In this document: positions 60,716 through 64,000 of the stretch, piece by piece
How the letters are laid out: every line of letters begins with the position of its first letter
Numbering within the stretch: the stretch's first letter is position 1
Source of the DNA: the human T2T-CHM13v2.0 reference genome, Homo sapiens
DNA: 64,000 nt
Strand: one strand, 5' to 3'
NCBI RefSeq assembly: GCF_009914755.1
Contig: NC_060932.1
The notes under the pieces: generated by a model
What the model was told of the DNA's origin: nothing
Databases searched by the model: none
Seen by the model: only the letters and a program-made list of their open reading frames with translations
Program-made: the position numbers and the translations under genes

Positions 60716-63700
60716 CTGTAAGGCGAGCTAAGACGTCTGTCTATCAGTGTTCCATTACATAATACACCTCTTTCCTTCACATGTGTGTGCACATTCTCAG
60801 GATTATATTAGAGATTTGATTCTTTGCAAGGGTCAGTATCAGTAATGGCTGAGACTGGTGGGCTGCAGTCATGTTGCTATGCCGTAAGAGGTTTTTACAA
60901 CATTTCCCCTTATCACACTTTATTCTAACCTGATGATGGGCCTATCTCAGGTGAAGATTGCAATAGTTTCCTTAATTGAACTTTGGTATTTGATGCATTA
61001 AATAAATATGGCTTTTTAATTTTGCTATCTTCTGTGAATTTAAAGGAATTATTTCATTGATGTCTACCAAAGAAGATAAAAAAACAGTTGGATGTGAAAT
61101 TTTTTTAGGTTGTGGGAATGCTACGTTGTAAAAATCTTCCTTTTCTTCCATGTTCACTAAAAAATGCCTTTAGTCCATTTCAGAAAGTTCATCTGTGACT
61201 TGGTCTACTCTGATATTCCCTTTCTTGCAGCTTGTTAGGTGGAATTTTGAAGTTGCTTGTCCTGCAAAGAGATATTTGTTGTCACAGTCTAACAGTGTTC
61301 AAGGGTTTGCAACATGTCCAGGTACCTCCAAGGCCTCACAGGGCTAAGCTGAATTTATCCCTCATGATACTCTGATACTCATAATACTCTGGTTGAAGCC
61401 TGGTCTCTACCTCCATATTCAGTACACCCAGCTGGGGAGGCGGGTGACAGCAAGCTTCCTGCCTGCATTTCTAGCAAAAGGGACTCCTAAGCCCCAGCAT
61501 TGTTGTCCTCTTGGAGCAGAGAGAAGGGTGTTGGCAGATCCCTTCCCCTCTCGTAACCCCAGTGAGGACAGTAACATCATTCAGAACATAGAATTTACCC
61601 AAGGGTTTTGCTTTCACAGCTGATGCAACCAACCACCCAGCCTCTTTAAGTGATCTGGGCTCACGCTCGTACTTGTGCCTGGGAGTTAATTGCTGGTTTT
61701 TCTTTGTTACTGGAATGCTCAAGACATCACCCTGGCCAGGGTCTGCAAACTGTGGGCACCGACAGTGCCCTGCGGTGGCAGGAAGATTTGCTCAGAGCTG
61801 TGACCTCCTGCCCCTCGGAGCAGTCATCCCAGGGCGTCAGAGCCTGGTGTTCCATTGCAGGGTGTGGCCCCTTTCTGGATGCTGAGTAAAGGAGACTCTT
61901 GTGGTTTTACAAACCACAGGAAATGAAGTTTGTCTGCCTTTAAAAGAAAATTGGTTTTCTAACATTTGAGACTAAAAAAACCAAAATATTTCATTATCGT
62001 GTCTGAAGTATACACACAATAGCTTTCATTACAGAGTCAAATTGCAGGCAAGGTTTATGTAACAATCCATACTGGAAATCCGGGCTGTAAGCCTGACTGT
62101 TCCCACCCGCCCGACAAAGGGCTGTTTGGGCTCAATCTCATCTCTCCAACTGCATACGTCATGGACTGATTAGGTATTTTATGAGTGCAGCGTGGGAAAG
62201 GCTTAAGAAAGATCTTCAGCTTTCAAAATGTTAGGGATCCTCCACCTCTCTTAGAGTGGATGAAATCCAGACCAGGAGCAGGGGAATAAGAGTTCACTAG
62301 GGCCACTGCTAACATGACTTCCAGACAGTGGCATTCAGAGGATTGGAGCCTTCAAAACACCCCCGTGTGGGGCTCTCCGCACCCCTTCCCTCTCGTCCCT
62401 GAATCCTCCCAGCAGCCACAGTAACACAAGCTTGCACATAGAGCACACGGCCAGGAGGTGCCCGGGGGCCACCGGAGCAACACAGCCTGAGACTCTGTGC
62501 CAGGCTCCTCCCCTGGATTCTTGTGCACATGTCTTACTCCTATCAGCAGACCACAGCCCCATAGATCCTCACTGGCCTCAGAGCTGGCAAATGGATGGCA
62601 AGGAGCTGGTTCCCTGGTGACCGCCACACCTTTGCTCCTCCTCCTCCTCCTTGGAAGGAGACTCAGATCTCAGGTGCTTGCTTGATTAGAGATGGCCACA
62701 CCTCCAAGCCACTCTTCAGGTGGCTCCAGGGGTGGTTGGCTGGTTGCGTGCTCTGTGGACAGAATAACTGGTGTTGGCCTTCGTTGTCTTTTGTGTCCTG
62801 TGAGTAGGCAGACTCCGGCCTTGACATCCCTGTGTTTCTGTGGCCTGAAATCAGTCGAGATGCCAGCTCTTGAACAGGGTCCCCATACTCCACGTGGATT
62901 CTTTTCCCAATGTTTTGACGCATTCTGCAAACTGTTGGAAGGCAATTTCTCTCCCCTGTAGCAGCTCCCTCTGCCCTCAGGAATGTGATTTACAATCTGA
63001 TGAGGCCATAAACCTCTACTTTTCACGTCTGAAAAACAGCAAAGTATGGGAAAGAATGTAAATTATAAATACTGAATTCCTATGGTCAGCAATAATGGAA
63101 TGGCCTGGGTGGGTTATTTTTTTTAATATGGTATGCATATGGCTTTAATTTCGAAGGGGTTGGGTCCTCCCCCACCACTGTATTTCTTGGGAGAACAGAT
63201 AACAGCAAAATGTCCTGCTGTGATACGGTGTTTTTCCAAAATGAAAAAATAGCATCTTTCTGATGACTCACTGGCCAAATACTTTGAAAGGCCACTGTCC
63301 ATGGAGGGGGATGGGATGGTAGGTGACAGTGACATTTCCATACTCACCACCCTGGTGATCTGGTGTCTGTCCACCCCAAAATAACCCCCAATGTTCTCAC
63401 TTAGCAACCTCCCGCCACCCCACTTTAACTTTCTAGGAGGAGGTTTTCCTATGAGATTTTTGAAATTCTCTTCCCATCTCTCTTATCAGTTGAGGTTCTG
63501 CTCCCTAACTGGGAACAGACTTCTGATTGCCACCATGAGCAGGAAAGACAGCCACAAAGCCGAGAGGCTGTGCAGGTTTGAGTTTTCATTCCAGCGGTGG
63601 GTCAGCGCCTGGCTTAGATTTCACACGCTGGGCAGCAGCAGCCCTGCGCTTTGCTGAGGTGGGAAAGAGCCACCAATCACGGGGTGAATTCCTGCTGCTG

Positions 63701-64000
63701 TTCTCAGACCACAGAAGCCAATGTGTGGTATTGCTGTGCTGGTGTTCAGCACTTTTCCCCTTAAACCCTCGCTCGTCCCAGTTCAAAACGATGGGTGAAA
63801 GCTGAAAAAACACCCAGGGCCCAAAGTTCCCAAACTCCTGTTTTAACAGCCCACGCCTGCCGGAGCATCTATGACAAAGTGAACGGAGCTGTGTTTTTCT
63901 TGGTGTGGTCCGTTAAGTATGCTGACGGTGGAGGAGTGTGCATGAGAATAGGATGCCTGAAATCGCAAACATATCCACCCACAGAAACACATAATCTCAC

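Overview
Primate, almost certainly human, genomic DNA holding the 3' part of PTDSS1 (phosphatidylserine synthase 1, PSS1) on the + strand. The window starts in intron 2. It contains coding exons 3-13, all with GT-AG junctions and phases that chain into one frame encoding residues 91-473 (ending ...NGVGKK-stop at 57260), then the 3' UTR with several candidate poly(A) signals and downstream flank. The introns are rich in repeats: about 28 Alus, a full two-LTR MaLR (MST-type) provirus, a MER21-type LTR split by three stacked Alus, MLT1, L1, L2, L3/CR1, MIR, a MER33-like element and microsatellites. I found no evidence of a new multi-gene system. The most notable local features are: a TSD-flanked Y3 RNA retrocopy just upstream of exon 9; a tail-to-tail inverted Alu pair with a ~16-bp spacer just downstream of exon 9; a 100-bp unique-sequence copy pasted into an old L3/CR1 element 1.14 kb from its source; and several template-switch or duplication scars. 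Repeat subfamily names and reference protein numbering are from recalled consensus, not from a database search.
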